Shown here piece by piece: positions 27,201 to 38,494 of a stretch of 64,000 bases of DNA. The position numbers were made by a program, and so were the translations under genes. The DNA is from Phoronis australis (taxonomy: Eukaryota; Animalia; Phoronida): positions 331,741 to 395,740 of the forward strand of contig NMRA01000213.1 of assembly GCA_002633005.1 (NCBI GenBank). Direction: 5' to 3'. Position 1 is the stretch's first letter, and every line of letters starts with the position of its first letter. The notes beneath the pieces were generated by a model. That model was not told the DNA's origin, did no database searches, and saw only the letters and a program-made list of their open reading frames with translations.

Positions 27201-30200
27201 TGTTTTCCTGATGCTCCCCATTGAATATCTTTGGAACTCCCCAGCCAGGACCGAGCTATTCAGACTTACCTATACATGTACATGTAGGACACGTGATGTG
27301 GCCTGAAAATAGCATGTATGAATCATTACGTGAACAAAAAAAATTACTCTTCGGAAACGTTTGCTAATATTTTTATTCTGTACCAGGTAGACTGAATGGT
27401 GAAATACAAAGGAATACCGGACGAAGCACATTCACCCAGTTGTAATATTAAGCTTTGTAGAGATTTGATTGATTACACAGGATATTCACTATAGGTTTCA
27501 GTATAACCTTAAAGGATAAAGAAAGACGTAAATTTATTGTCGTTGTATAAATCGTAGGCTCATTGTATCCCATTGTTTATATGTTGTCATTTGTAAATTG
27601 ATTAGTTTACTAAGACGTCTGAATCGACGTACATGTACATTGTGGATCAATGGTGATCCCTTTATCTGGCGTTGCAGATGAGCCATATGACAACGGCAGC
27701 CTCGTCACCTTTGATGGAATGCAAAAGCTATACCCTGATGTGAAGGAAGGACATTGGAATCCGAAGGAATGCATTCCTCGCCACAAGATGGTGCTTATAG
27801 TACCATTCCGTGACCGAGAAGACCATTTGCGGCACTTTCTTCGTGTTATACACAGATTCCTACAGAAGCAAAAACTGGACTATACTATTATAGTAGCCGA
27901 ACAGGTATACCTAGTTAAGGTGGCACTCGACATGTTTGACGTTGCCACCCCTAATGGAATTAAGGGGTAGTGGACGCCATCCGGACACGACCAAATAAAA
28001 ACGCCGCCACCATGCCGTTTAGGAGACCAGTGGATGAAATGTAATTCGAAAATTGTCGCTGACCTTTCCTCTTGTGTATTCGAATTACCTTGTCAGTTCC
28101 TGCGACCCTATAATGCGGGAACATAATACGCAAAGCACCAAACGTCGGCATAGATATGAAAACTCGTTCAAAATAAAGCATTCTGGCACGGTATAGGTAG
28201 GCGAGATAAGGAAACATTTATATTAAATGCAAGCTGCTGCATAACATAACAAATGTCCACGAAGATCTAAGTACATGTAGCTGAAACCCGAATTTTCCTC
28301 ACTACCATCGGGAACGATCAACCTTGGCTGGCGTCAGCGCGTCGGATTTTGAGCCTGGTCCCTCAGCAGGAGACAGTTTGTGCGTCTCAGATGTTCACTT
28401 CTGTTATGGTTGTCCACTGCTAATGTTTTAAATTGGCGCTTTCATAGACGCGACAAAGTCGTTTTTGCCTTCGTCCTATCGAAAAACTGGTTTCAGCAAC
28501 TTCAAATGAAAAAAATGTTCAACCAGCTAAGGAGTTACAATAATTTGAAGAGTGAAAATCGCGGAATGAGCACAGTGCGTTGTGCTCCAAATAAAACTTT
28601 GTGGCGCTCCAGATGTTTACTACCTGTAATTATTAGGTACAGGTACAACACAATGATCCACACAGAAATTGCGTAACTCAAATCAGATCTTATGACATCA
28701 GGAGAAAACTTGGCTATGTACATGTAGGTCCACTCTTCGGTATAGGTCTATCACAGTTGAGCGTGGTGAGTGCAAACTATTGGATCTATTGTTTAACTTT
28801 CGATATTTGGAAAAGTTCAGCCGATGCTGGTGTTCATTGTCCCAACTGGGGACCACTACTCCTGCTACTAACAGTGGTGTAGTAACGACTCATTTATGAC
28901 TAGTTGGCATAATGAGGTCGCTGCGTCGTGTAAGATGAGGGTTTGCGTACTTAAAAACACCTTCTTCATCTTTTAAATTGTCATCAAGTTTGTTGAAATG
29001 AATTGAATATTCTAATTGGTAGTTGCCGGTTATGTTTATGATTTGTGCTACGTATTTGGTTAAGTTGCTGTCCTCAATGTTTTTTCGTGGCTTAAAGCTT
29101 TGCCAGGGTTATTTTCTCTAGACCTCGTACATGTAATTGTTAATTTCTTTAAAGAAGGCAGGTAAAAGGTGTTCTCAGTGACGTATTTTCAGTTATGGTA
29201 ATAATGGTAGTTATTTCACGACCGTATCATCACCTATATGTGACATATTATGATAGTGTGAGGGACTAGTTTACCTAGGAAACCAGGTTAGATAAAGTGA
29301 GGAAGTATAAAATAAATGACCTATTGTACACAAATGTGCTGTTGCACAAACGCTGACTGCCCTCAGTCAGTCTGGATGTTCGTGGTGCAATTTATTAAAA
29401 ATACGCGATACAGGATGATTTGAACATATTATTGAGTTCAAACCAGAGTCAATGGATCGCCATATTGACATTTCCTATAGTTACGCCGTTATAAACTTTG
29501 CTTTGCAATGTCTTGAAGTTGCAGTTCATCGAGATTCGAAAGAGATCTCTCCTTCCTATTGCGACTTGTCCTCCTCATTTCGCAAGCCTCAACTTTACCT
29601 CCGCATCAGCAACCCACCACGCTCAAGCGAAGACTCGATAAAATTTACCTAACATCCGCGGCAAGCTGATTCGTTGACGTAAATGAAAACAAAACACTCA
29701 ATTTTGGCAAATTTACTTTCAGGAGAGGATTTTGACCTAAGAAAGCCGTTCTTTGATTAGGTTGACATGGTTTCACATCTCAGCAGGTCTCAGTCTGATG
29801 ACTTGTAATTTCATCTCCCACCTCGCCACTAGCTCGGGTTCATAAATCCAGACTTTTGCTTTTCGTACTTGCAGGTAGCTCCGTTAACCTTCAACAAAGC
29901 CAAATTAATGAATGCTGCCTACGCTGAGGCTAAAAAGTTGACCCACTTCGATTGTGTCGTATTCCATGACGTAGACATGTTACCGGAAGACGAGCGGAAC
30001 TTGTACACATGCCCTAGTGGTATTCGGCACCAAGGACTAGCTATAGATATTTATAACTACAAGTAAGACACTATGAACACTTTCTTCGATATATTCTCGG
30101 CCACGTGAAATTATAACTACTTTTTGTGCGAGCTGGATGGACGGTTATTGTCTCCCAAACCTTGTCGCTGTTCAATACAGGAACTTTAGGAATGATGTCA

Positions 30201-33200
30201 GATTTTCATATCGCTACGGAACCTGGATAGTCATCTTTTTTCTGAATTGTTCATAAATACTTACTGCATTAACTCAACGCTAGAGTTTCTTTAGGAACAC
30301 TTAAGTCATCCAATTAGCCTTGGGTAACCCGTATGCAGCCTCAGGGTACGGATATTGACTCAAGCGTTATGGAGATAAAATAAGTGTACAGGTTTTCGTA
30401 ATATTTTTTCCAAAATTTTTTGAGCTGACGTTGAAGACACTGCAGTGTGATGGTTGCACGTGACTATCCAGAAAACAACGGACTCGCTGTTTTTTCAGGA
30501 TGATATATTGGCCGTTCATTGGAGGTGTCTCAGTATTTCGTCCGGATTCGTACGAAGCAGTAGACGGCCACTCTAACAGTTTTTGGGGATGGGGAGCGGA
30601 AGACGACAATATATACAGGCGGTAAGGTATATTGCTGTATTACTGGATTTCTTTGAATATTATTCACACTGGGTATTAAACAAAGGATAAATTGCATTAC
30701 GAAATTAGTCGATAACTCACATGCACACATTGCAGTACAGATGGCAAACTGATTATAGGACTGACACGGATATTGGATTTGTGTTTGAAATGGAGGGGTT
30801 GCATCAAACTGGAAGCTAAGATTTGCTAGAAGTCCTTATCTCAAAGTGTTAATCTAGTTGAAAATCGTGAAAATACATACATAATTAAGTAATATGTAAC
30901 ATTGTATAATGTTTACAGATGTGGATCCAGGATTTTGAGTTGGGGTTGGGGTGGCAGGGCTCAGGAATAACCAGAATTTCGCCAGACGCGCGCGCCCAGC
31001 CTAAAATGTAGGGATGCAGGAGTCTCGAATTTTTGGGTTTGTAGACCTTATTACTAAAAAGGGGGGGATTTGGTCAATGCCTATGCATTGTGCATGCGTC
31101 CCCGAGCCCCCCGGGTGCGCGCATGTAGTAGTCAGAAAATTCGCACCCCGAACTGCCAACTGAAGTGGAATCTGGAAGAATTTCATGAGGGGGGGGTATG
31201 GCTCCCTTGCCCCCCCCCCCTAAATGCGCCACTGGTTTACCACTTGTTGTCAAACTAGAAGCCTTTTTGAGCGCAATTTTGTATCTTTGCCGAGATCAGA
31301 AAATTGTTATTAATTATTATGTTTCTATTGTTTACGCATTAACGTAATCCCTGTAAAACACGCTTTGCCCAGTCCAATAGACGGCTTTATTATTCAATCG
31401 TTCCTCAATGAATCTCACTTCCCATTCAGCGGCAAATCTAAAATGGCGGACTATCACTAGACTGCAGCTCTAGACAAGTGTGAATTTTTTGAATTTTTGC
31501 CAACGGATTACATGTACGTTACGATTATCCTGTGGGTACCGATGGCTTCGTTATAACATGTTCTAACCATATAATAATAGTTAAAAAGGTGCTACTTGGA
31601 CTTTAAGGCATGGAGTATACATGCATGTAAGAAGAAGGAACTCCACCCATTTTAAATGTGGTCACCTGATTTTTTATTTTTCAATTGATGAACAACTGTA
31701 AACACTGCATTATCGCATTAGCTTTCAAAAAATAAACACACTTGAGCGAATTATTTCATTTTCTTACCTAAAATACACATTTCTTTTCAATATTCGATAA
31801 ATGTTTCGATGGGACGAACCTACTAAGTGGGACGTCAGTGAACCAAGAAACAAAACCAAAAAGTTGTGAAACGCCAACTTGGGTGAGGGATTCTAGTCCA
31901 TGGTTGGGAATTCGTTGTCCTAACTCAAGCATTGGAATGCGTTTGTTTCCCTGGCGTACTCCCAGCCTAAAAATGGGGGGCTCGAATTTTTGAGAATGTG
32001 GACATTTTACTAAGATTCCCGGGGTACGTTCAGAGCTATGAATTTTGAAATCGCCGAACTTTGGTATTTCCTGCCTTTTTAGTGGACTTTTGTCTCGTTT
32101 TCCACTTTTTTGGAGTTTTCGTTTCTCTGTTTGCCCACTTTGCCAAATAGTGGATGCGCGCATGCTTCCACTTCTAGGTTATTGAACTATCTCTAACCTC
32201 CGTCGTTCAGTGTAGAAAGTACGGTCACGTGTATTGTCTCATATTGTCAGTGTCATTTTTTCAGGGTAATGAGGAAAAAGTTGGATTTCCGTCGTCCACC
32301 ACTTGAAATAGCGCGTTATCACATGTTTGCTCATGACAGAGATGCAACCAATTCGAAGAACCCAAATAGGTATTTACCCTTTGTGTTCACATGCCTGAGT
32401 CTGCACTGGACTTCCTTCATTTGCAGTATTTGTGATGCCTGAGTCACCGAACGCTTGACGCTGTTCCAATGAAATCGTCGTGTGAAACTTGACACATCTG
32501 TCGATAATAGGCGATGATTGTGAAGTCGTATGTAGCGTCATCATCGAAAATCAGGAAAAATACTATTACTGGCCGAATTTCCATGCGGTGACACGATGTC
32601 GCCAGATTGTCGCGCGATGTTAATTGACATCGGTCGACGATCGCCCGACGTACTGCAAACGGCTTGCTTCGGTTTCACCTTTTCGAAACGTGACCACCAC
32701 TATGGATTCAACAGTTCCCCAAACTAGTGTATCCATCGGGAATTCGAACTTAATCGGTAGGATTGACTAAAAACTCCATTCCGCCTTGATTAGGTGACTA
32801 AAAAACGAAAATTGAATGAAATCTTTTATCTTCGTCAAAATTGTCTCATTTCATTCCTTACAAAGTATAACTTTATCTCCCGGCGTTAGCGACTCAAGTC
32901 GCAGGCATTACATAAATGCGTTAATTTTGATTTCCTAATTTTGATATTTGTTCGTCGCCAATAAAGACGGAAGCGTTTTTTTAACTGTAGTTGATTTCGA
33001 TCTTCTCTTTGATAACGGAAAAAGGGTTATCGTTTAGACGGATTTTGTGGGAGTAAACGCATTAATTCAACTTGATTTTTTACGAGGGGAAATGCTGGTT
33101 TAATCATCGCAACAATGCTTGTGGAGCGAGAGACCCAGTCCATACATGTGTAATTTATTTCTGAACAATCAATGAACTCCATTTTACGTGGTTTTATCGT

Positions 33201-34688
33201 TACTCATTTCGTACGCTGCATGAAACACGTAGTGAGAAACAATACAGGGTTACATTTCAAAACTTGAACCAAAACAATGGCGCTAAGTGGACCTTTAACA
33301 TTAAACAAGATTAACCCTTCCTTTTGGGAAATTTCCGTGGTTGTTTGAAGTCACGCATTGAACTAATATTTTGATGTCGACCTAGTGTATGGTAGTCTGC
33401 AACCTCAAACTCAGTCTGGCAGACACCAAANTGAAATGGAATCCATATATCTTTTTAGCAGCTATTGCTAAGTTACGTTGCTCCAACCATAACTCGATGA
33501 TAGAGAAAGGTAGACATGCTCTTGTGGACCAGAAATACCGTGTGTGTTGTTTCTGTGTATACCTAATTGAAGATGAAAACCATTTTTCACATGTGTTTGT
33601 AAAATGTACTGTACTCGGAGAACTTCATTTATACCTGAGTGGTGCTGGCGTGAACCAAATAAACGTAAATTTTTAAAGATTATGAAAATGTCGGAGCCGA
33701 TTGCTCAGATTAATCTAATGAAATTTGTATTTCACTCCACTGCCCTCAGGGAAAAGCTGCTGCGCGTTATCGTGTAAATTTTATGTAACATGTGGGCCAA
33801 GGCCTTAAATGTTGAAAATAAGATGAATATATGAATAAATGATTTTATTTAAGTTTCCAACTCAAGTCGCACGCAAAGCGTACATGCGCCATTTCCGAAT
33901 TCGTAATTTTAGGGTTGGTCTACTACAATAAACTCTGAAGCGCTTTCCTGAGCCGTTGATGGTTTCGATGTTCCTGTTGGTAAACGGGAAAAAATCCTGC
34001 CGTGGTAAAAAATGTTATGAGCAGCAAAGAGGCCTAACCCGATTTCCTTAGCCAGCTAAACAGAGGGCAATGCGGCGTTAATTGACTTCTAAAAGCCTAT
34101 GGCTGTCCCGTGGTGTGGACAGACTACACAAAACAAGTAAACCCTTGAAAACTGTTGTCAATTTCAATAAACATGCACGCCTATACAGTAACAACTGAGC
34201 ACGCTTCACTTTAAGTACCGGCGAATTGGTATATATAGCTTTAATTATGGTCTAAACTTATATATTCATCCGCCTAAATGATAATGTACTCGGCACGAAT
34301 TTTGTTCTTCATACATGGGCGAAGCACCATAGGGGGCTGGGGGGCTATAGTCCCCCCACTTTCGTGTTATAAATTGAAAAAAACATCTAAAATATAAGCC
34401 CGTGTTCAAGTTCAGATGTTGTGACTGGATTTTTACCGTCACAGGGTTTTAACCCACATTTTATTTTCTAGGGTTGCTATGATCGGGAAATATGACGACG
34501 GATTAAGCACACTGACATATAAACTGTTGGGCCGTCGTCGTAAGGCGTTGTACACCTGGATGCTGTTTGATCTAACTGACGGTACAACGACAAGTCGCAA
34601 GTTGTCAACGCTGGCTTCGACATTATCGAGCAACGTGACTGTAGCGCCGACTGGAATTCGCAACACGTCGCGTAAAAATGGAGTGTAG
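20980..34688 (+). CDS. B4GALT-like: Beta-1,4-galactosyltransferase-family glycosyltransferase (GT7, B4GALT/bre-4-like), 6 coding exons, 390 aa: join(20980..21292,27678..27904,29875..30062,30499..30621,32265..32369,34472..34688)
   Basis: All introns are GT-AG with compatible phases (1,0,2,2,2). The spliced length is 1173 nt, an open frame ending in TAG. Architecture: N-terminal TM anchor, Thr-rich stem, then family motifs IVPFRDREDHL, FNKAKLMN, FHDVD, GGVS, WGWGAEDD, RYHMFAH and DGLSTLTY. Exact orthology is not determinable. Confidence 0.93.
22254..26400. mobile_element. EnSpm/CACTA-like non-autonomous element (or pair of inverted copies) in intron 1
   Basis: About 30-bp inverted ends CAGCACACATCACGAATTTTTGTCCGA / TCGGACAAAAATTCGTGATGTGTGCTG, with GTCGGC/GCCGAC subterminal repeats on both sides. 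Confidence 0.65.
23554..23656 (+). repeat. 36-bp minisatellite, about 3 units
   Basis: TATATCTGCGCGTGCAGGACAAGTGTACACAGGCGC-like units start at 23554, 23590 and 23626. Confidence 0.85.
26933..26960 (+). repeat. (CAA)n microsatellite
   Basis: CAG followed by about 8 CAA units. Confidence 0.9.
27678..27904 (+). CDS. GT7 gene coding exon 2
   Basis: Acceptor ttgcag. Reads EGHWNPKECIPRHKMVLIVPFRDREDHLRHFLRVIHRFLQKQKLDYTIIVAEQ. Donor gtatac at 27905. Confidence 0.93.
29875..30062 (+). CDS. GT7 gene coding exon 3 (FNKAKLMN, DVD metal-binding motif)
   Basis: Acceptor cttgcag. Reads VAPLTFNKAKLMNAAY...FDCVVFHDVDMLPEDERNLYTC. Donor gtaaga at 30063. Confidence 0.94.
30499..30621 (+). CDS. GT7 gene coding exon 4 (GGVS, WGWGAEDD)
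   Basis: Acceptor tttttcag. Reads MIYWPFIGGVSVFRPDSYEAVDGHSNSFWGWGAEDDNIYRR. Donor gtaagg at 30622. Absent from the ORF track on this strand. Confidence 0.94.
30916..31234. mobile_element. hAT-like MITE with poly-G/poly-C subterminal tracts
   Basis: CAGATGTGGATCCAGG...GGGG at the left end and CCCCCTAAATGCGCCACTG at the right end. Confidence 0.55.
32265..32369 (+). CDS. GT7 gene coding exon 5 (RYHMFAH flexible loop)
   Basis: Acceptor ttttttcag. Reads VMRKKLDFRRPPLEIARYHMFAHDRDATNSKNPNR, with the Met344/His347 equivalents conserved. Donor gtattt at 32370. Confidence 0.92.
33395..33840 (+). mobile_element. 3' fragment of a non-LTR retrotransposon (RTE-X/CR1-L2-like C-terminus) in intron 5
   Basis: Reads IAKLRCSNHNSMIEKGRH...RVCCFCVYLIEDENHF...C, matching the LR.S.H.L.IE.GR...C..C...EDE.HF motif. 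Ends with AAATAA and a TGAAT-type tail. Confidence 0.75.
34472..34688 (+). CDS. GT7 gene last coding exon
   Basis: Acceptor ttattttctag. Reads VAMIGKYDDGLSTLTYKLLGRRRKALYTWMLFDL plus a Ser/Thr-rich tail, then TAG. An alternative in-frame acceptor at 34444 is possible. Confidence 0.88.
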
Positions 34689-34899
34689 CACTGAATAGGG
34701 TTGCGTGTCATCAGGAAGAGATAACCAGGTTATCTCTTGCTTGTGTCATGTAAAAGCCCAATAATGTATGCCTGGTGGTCTATTAGTGTATAATGGTACG
34801 GGGGTGGGGAAGGGTATTTTACCGTTTTCGCATGTATTTTGGCCTACGCGTCTACATGTACATGTACATGTGCGTCTGCGCCTACATGTGTATATCCAC

Positions 34900-34905
34900 A
34901 ATAAA
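34900..34905 (+). terminator. Candidate polyadenylation signal of the GT7 gene
   Basis: First AATAAA seen downstream of the stop codon, about 210 nt away; others occur at about 36483 and 36621. Confidence 0.35.
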
Positions 34906-35030
34906 GCGCAATTTGCGAACCACTTGAGCTAAGACTAAAGTAAAAGTCTTATGGCATGCTTATATGTTAGAAGAGGTTTTATTGTTGTAGGAAATTCATT
35001 GGAAATAAATGATGTGCAAATATTTTTAGA

Positions 35031-35092
35031 TTGGGGATTGAACCCGCGACATTGCCTCGTTCGGATTTCGCGTGCTTCACCACTAAGCCAGT
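35031..35092 (-). repeat. tRNA-derived head (A/B boxes)
   Basis: Minus strand reads TGGCTTAGTGGTGAAGCACGCG...GGTTCAATCCCC. Confidence 0.55.
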
Positions 35093-35240
35093 GGGTGAGA
35101 GACGGATCCTCGCGATGCACCATCTATTTTGTATTGCTATGTGTTTGGTTGGGAACGTCATGCTTGATTACTGGTCCTCCATGGTTATTCAGTATTGTAT
35201 TAATAGCTGACATTCAGGTGTGCTTGTGCCATTGGCGGTT

Positions 35241-35482
35241 CATGCACGCACCCAAGGGGGCTCGAACGAGCCCCCATGTGGCCAAGTGGGCTAAAAGGTC
35301 GGCCTGAGAGAAACAAAAAGTCCTATAAAGAGGAAACCGAAACAAAAGTCCACTAAAATGACAGAAACTACCAAAATTGGGCAAATCCACAATTCAAAGC
35401 TCTGAACGTATCCGTCTTTTTTAGTACGAGGTCCACATTTTCAAAATTCGACCCCCCATTTTTTAGGCTGGATGCGCGCATG
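35241..35482 (+). mobile_element. hAT-like MITE; inverted copy at about 31950..32164
   Basis: Ends CATGCACGCACCCA / TGGATGCGCGCATG. The internal sequence is reverse-complementary to the intron 4 copy. Confidence 0.7.
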
Positions 35483-35909
35483 GTACTAGCTAGGACAGGT
35501 TACCTTGGTGAACAAGTTGGTGCAATTTGATCAGCAGTTGTGTATTTCTTATTATACGGTTCACTGCAACTTATGAAGCAGTCGTATGTAATTCTGCAAT
35601 TTGTGTATTTATTTTGTTCAGTTGAAAAACGTTTTCAGTCAAACTGACCGTTCTTGTAACTTTTATGAAAATTGTTTGACAGGTCATGTTTTAGGCCGTT
35701 GACTGAGTTAGGTTATTAGCTTGGTGATTGATTCGTTTGTTTTCTCACTGTACAGTTGCCATTACACTTATGCATAGTTAAAGATCTCTCAACCTGATTT
35801 GCATTGGATTGGTACGTTTTGCTAGTTGTACATTCTATCGTACTGTAGTTTGAAAGATTAAACAACGTGGTTGTAACGCGTTATGAGATACACGTATGTA
35901 CTAACTGAT

Positions 35910-36480
35910 TACCGGAAATTTCTGTAGATAAATCCAACCGATGAAATGCCCATGGGCGTTTATTCGGAAAATTATGGCCAATAAACGCCCATAGGTGTTA
36001 ACTTGATATTACAACTTCTGGTGTCGAGTGTCCAAATAGTGGGGCGTTTATTCAGAAAATTTCCTCTGAAAGCCCACTCAGCCTCAACTTTTGTCACAAA
36101 TTCAGTTTTGTGGAGCATTCCTCATTCATAAAAACGAAAAAGGTGTTTGTGAACTATATTTATTAACATAAAATGTAAAAGCACAGTTTTAAGTAAAGAT
36201 GTCAAAGTCAGCAAAACTATGACTTTTCGTTTAAAAGCCCCACTTTTCCAAATACATGTAAACGCCCGGGCGTTTATTTAACGTTACTAAAACTTTGAAG
36301 ATTTTCATTTGCCGAATACACGCCCATGCATGGGCGGCGCACCATAGGGGGCTATAGCCCCTACACTTGTTCAGTGCTGCACTGCCCATGGCCTATACAC
36401 GGTGCACCACAAGGGGCTCTTTTTTCAGTGCTGCGTCGCCCATGCCATGGGCTTACAGGTATCTACGGGAAATCTCGGTA
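35910..36480. mobile_element. Tc1/mariner-type MITE (TA-flanked) with a nested CATGGGCG MITE at about 36329..36444
   Basis: Inverted ends TACCGGAAATTTCTGTAGATA / TATCTACGGGAAATCTCGGTA. A related 5' copy lies at about 47734..47820, and the nested MITE has a relative at about 34314..34365. Confidence 0.65.
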
Positions 36481-38349
36481 GCAATAAACATCTGTTTGTG
36501 AATGAATGTTGAAAGACATGTTATTGAAATGGGCCAGATTATTAACTACCGTGGTTAAATTGAGTGGCAGGTATGTGATATTGGATCTCATTGCTGTTGC
36601 TATTATTCCCATGTGGCGGCAATAAACATTTGTTACTTTGCGACTACTGCGCTCTTTCGCTGTTGCCAGCCGTGTTACACTTTACATGGAAGCGGGAGTT
36701 GTTGGCAAGTGTCCAATTTAATATGAACTGTTGATACGAACAACGCAAAGGCAATGTCACACAATAATAATGAAAGTAATTGCCATGAGCACGTACCGCT
36801 GAAAATCGACCTCAGTTTATTCCCTTCTTCGATGGGGAAAGTGATGTATGGGTTTGGAATAGAATTAGCAGCTCTTTTTACCTTAAGACCTCGCTTGGCG
36901 CAGAATACTAGCTTTGACTAGACATCTTATAGAGCCTACATGTAGTTTCAAGCAAAATCTCAGCCAGAGCTTATTCTATTTTAACTTACAAACAATTTCA
37001 GACCGATTTCATAATGGTAACCATTATCAACGAAAAATCGTTTTTTGTGATGGAAGGCGGGAGATCGCAGCTTTAAGGTATATACACATGGATCTAAAAG
37101 GGTTACACGAAGCCTGAAGAGACGTGCCAGCTATGTTTAGTACCCTTCACTGAAAAATGCATTAGTTCAGTTAAGAATCTCAGTACACGTTCCTCTACTA
37201 AAATATGTCCACAGTTGACTGGTTGGGTTCATATGGAGACCTTTCAGATAATATGTCTGGTGCGGTGCTATTAGTCTTCATTCACAGATGGCGTGCATGA
37301 AGACTGATAGTATCTTGATGTGATGTCGGCGTTATAACAAAACATTATGTAGATGTTAGGAATAGTATTTGACATGTTCCAGTTTTGCATGAGGGGCTAT
37401 CAAAAATTGCTTGCTACAAATTTGAATATTCACGGATTTAATGAGACATAGTATCTTTAAGATCAGGTGTTAATGAAGATTTCGGAGTTTCGTTGAAGAA
37501 ATCAAGTGTAGGATTTTAGATGGAAGTAAGATTGTACATGTATGTAACGTGTCTTCTAATGAACTCCCTAACGTAATTGAAGACGTTTGGAATCTGACAT
37601 AAGGCCAACCCTCTACATAATGACTTCATACCTTGAATGAAGTTCTTTGCAAAAAGCGTGCTTCGTGAGCCAGCATGTGATGTCATGTAATCTATACACA
37701 GATTATGTTAAGTCAGCACATGGTGTCATACTCACAGCTGTATTATATCAATCTCTGTGTGTGTAAGTGGGTGTACAAACTCAATTTCCATGTGGGAACA
37801 GCTGTAGGGTAATTATTGTTATTGCCGGATTTATCAATATCAACTTTCTAATTTTTCTAATTTCTGGAGGCAGCGTAAAGACAATTCAGTCACACTATGA
37901 AAGTGCTTCTTGAAGACTCTATTCGCATTTGCGACTTTTGCCATTTGTCTTTCGGCTAGAATTCAGTCTACGGGTGGTTTAGCCTGTTTCGTGTTAGTCT
38001 GCTTCATGAAACGAGGCTAAGCCACCCTTTTTAGACTGAGTTCCATCAAAACAAGCTAAGGCTAAGAATCAGAAAATCTATCCGAAATCGAAGTCGAAAT
38101 ACACGAATGTTAACATTTGAATCTCCAAAGTTATTTAGTTTGTTCAGTAAGTACTAATGATAAAACCCTTTTGGTCTTCAGTCCAGCTATATTGGTGAAA
38201 CAATTTGCCATCTTAAAATCCGGGCTTAAGAACATTCAGGTTCTGACAAAAGTTCTCACATTAATGACAACTTGCACAGATCCAGCAAATGTGATGCCGA
38301 ATGCATATTCAGCTAATGTTTTAGTATTCTGGATCAGGCTGAAATAACT

Positions 38350-38494
38350 ACGGTATTTTCTCTAATAATTCGTACAATATTGTACGAACTATTTATCCTT
38401 GAGAGCTTCGTGCCCGAATTAATAGAGACAAAACTGATCGTACGAACTAATAGAGAAGACAGTCATTTGTTCGAATTATTAGAGATAAAGGTAT
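38350..38494. repeat. Small TA-flanked MITE
   Basis: Imperfect inverted ends TACGGTATTTTCTCTAATAATTCGTACAA / TTGTTCGAATTATTAGAGATAAAGGTA. Confidence 0.6.
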
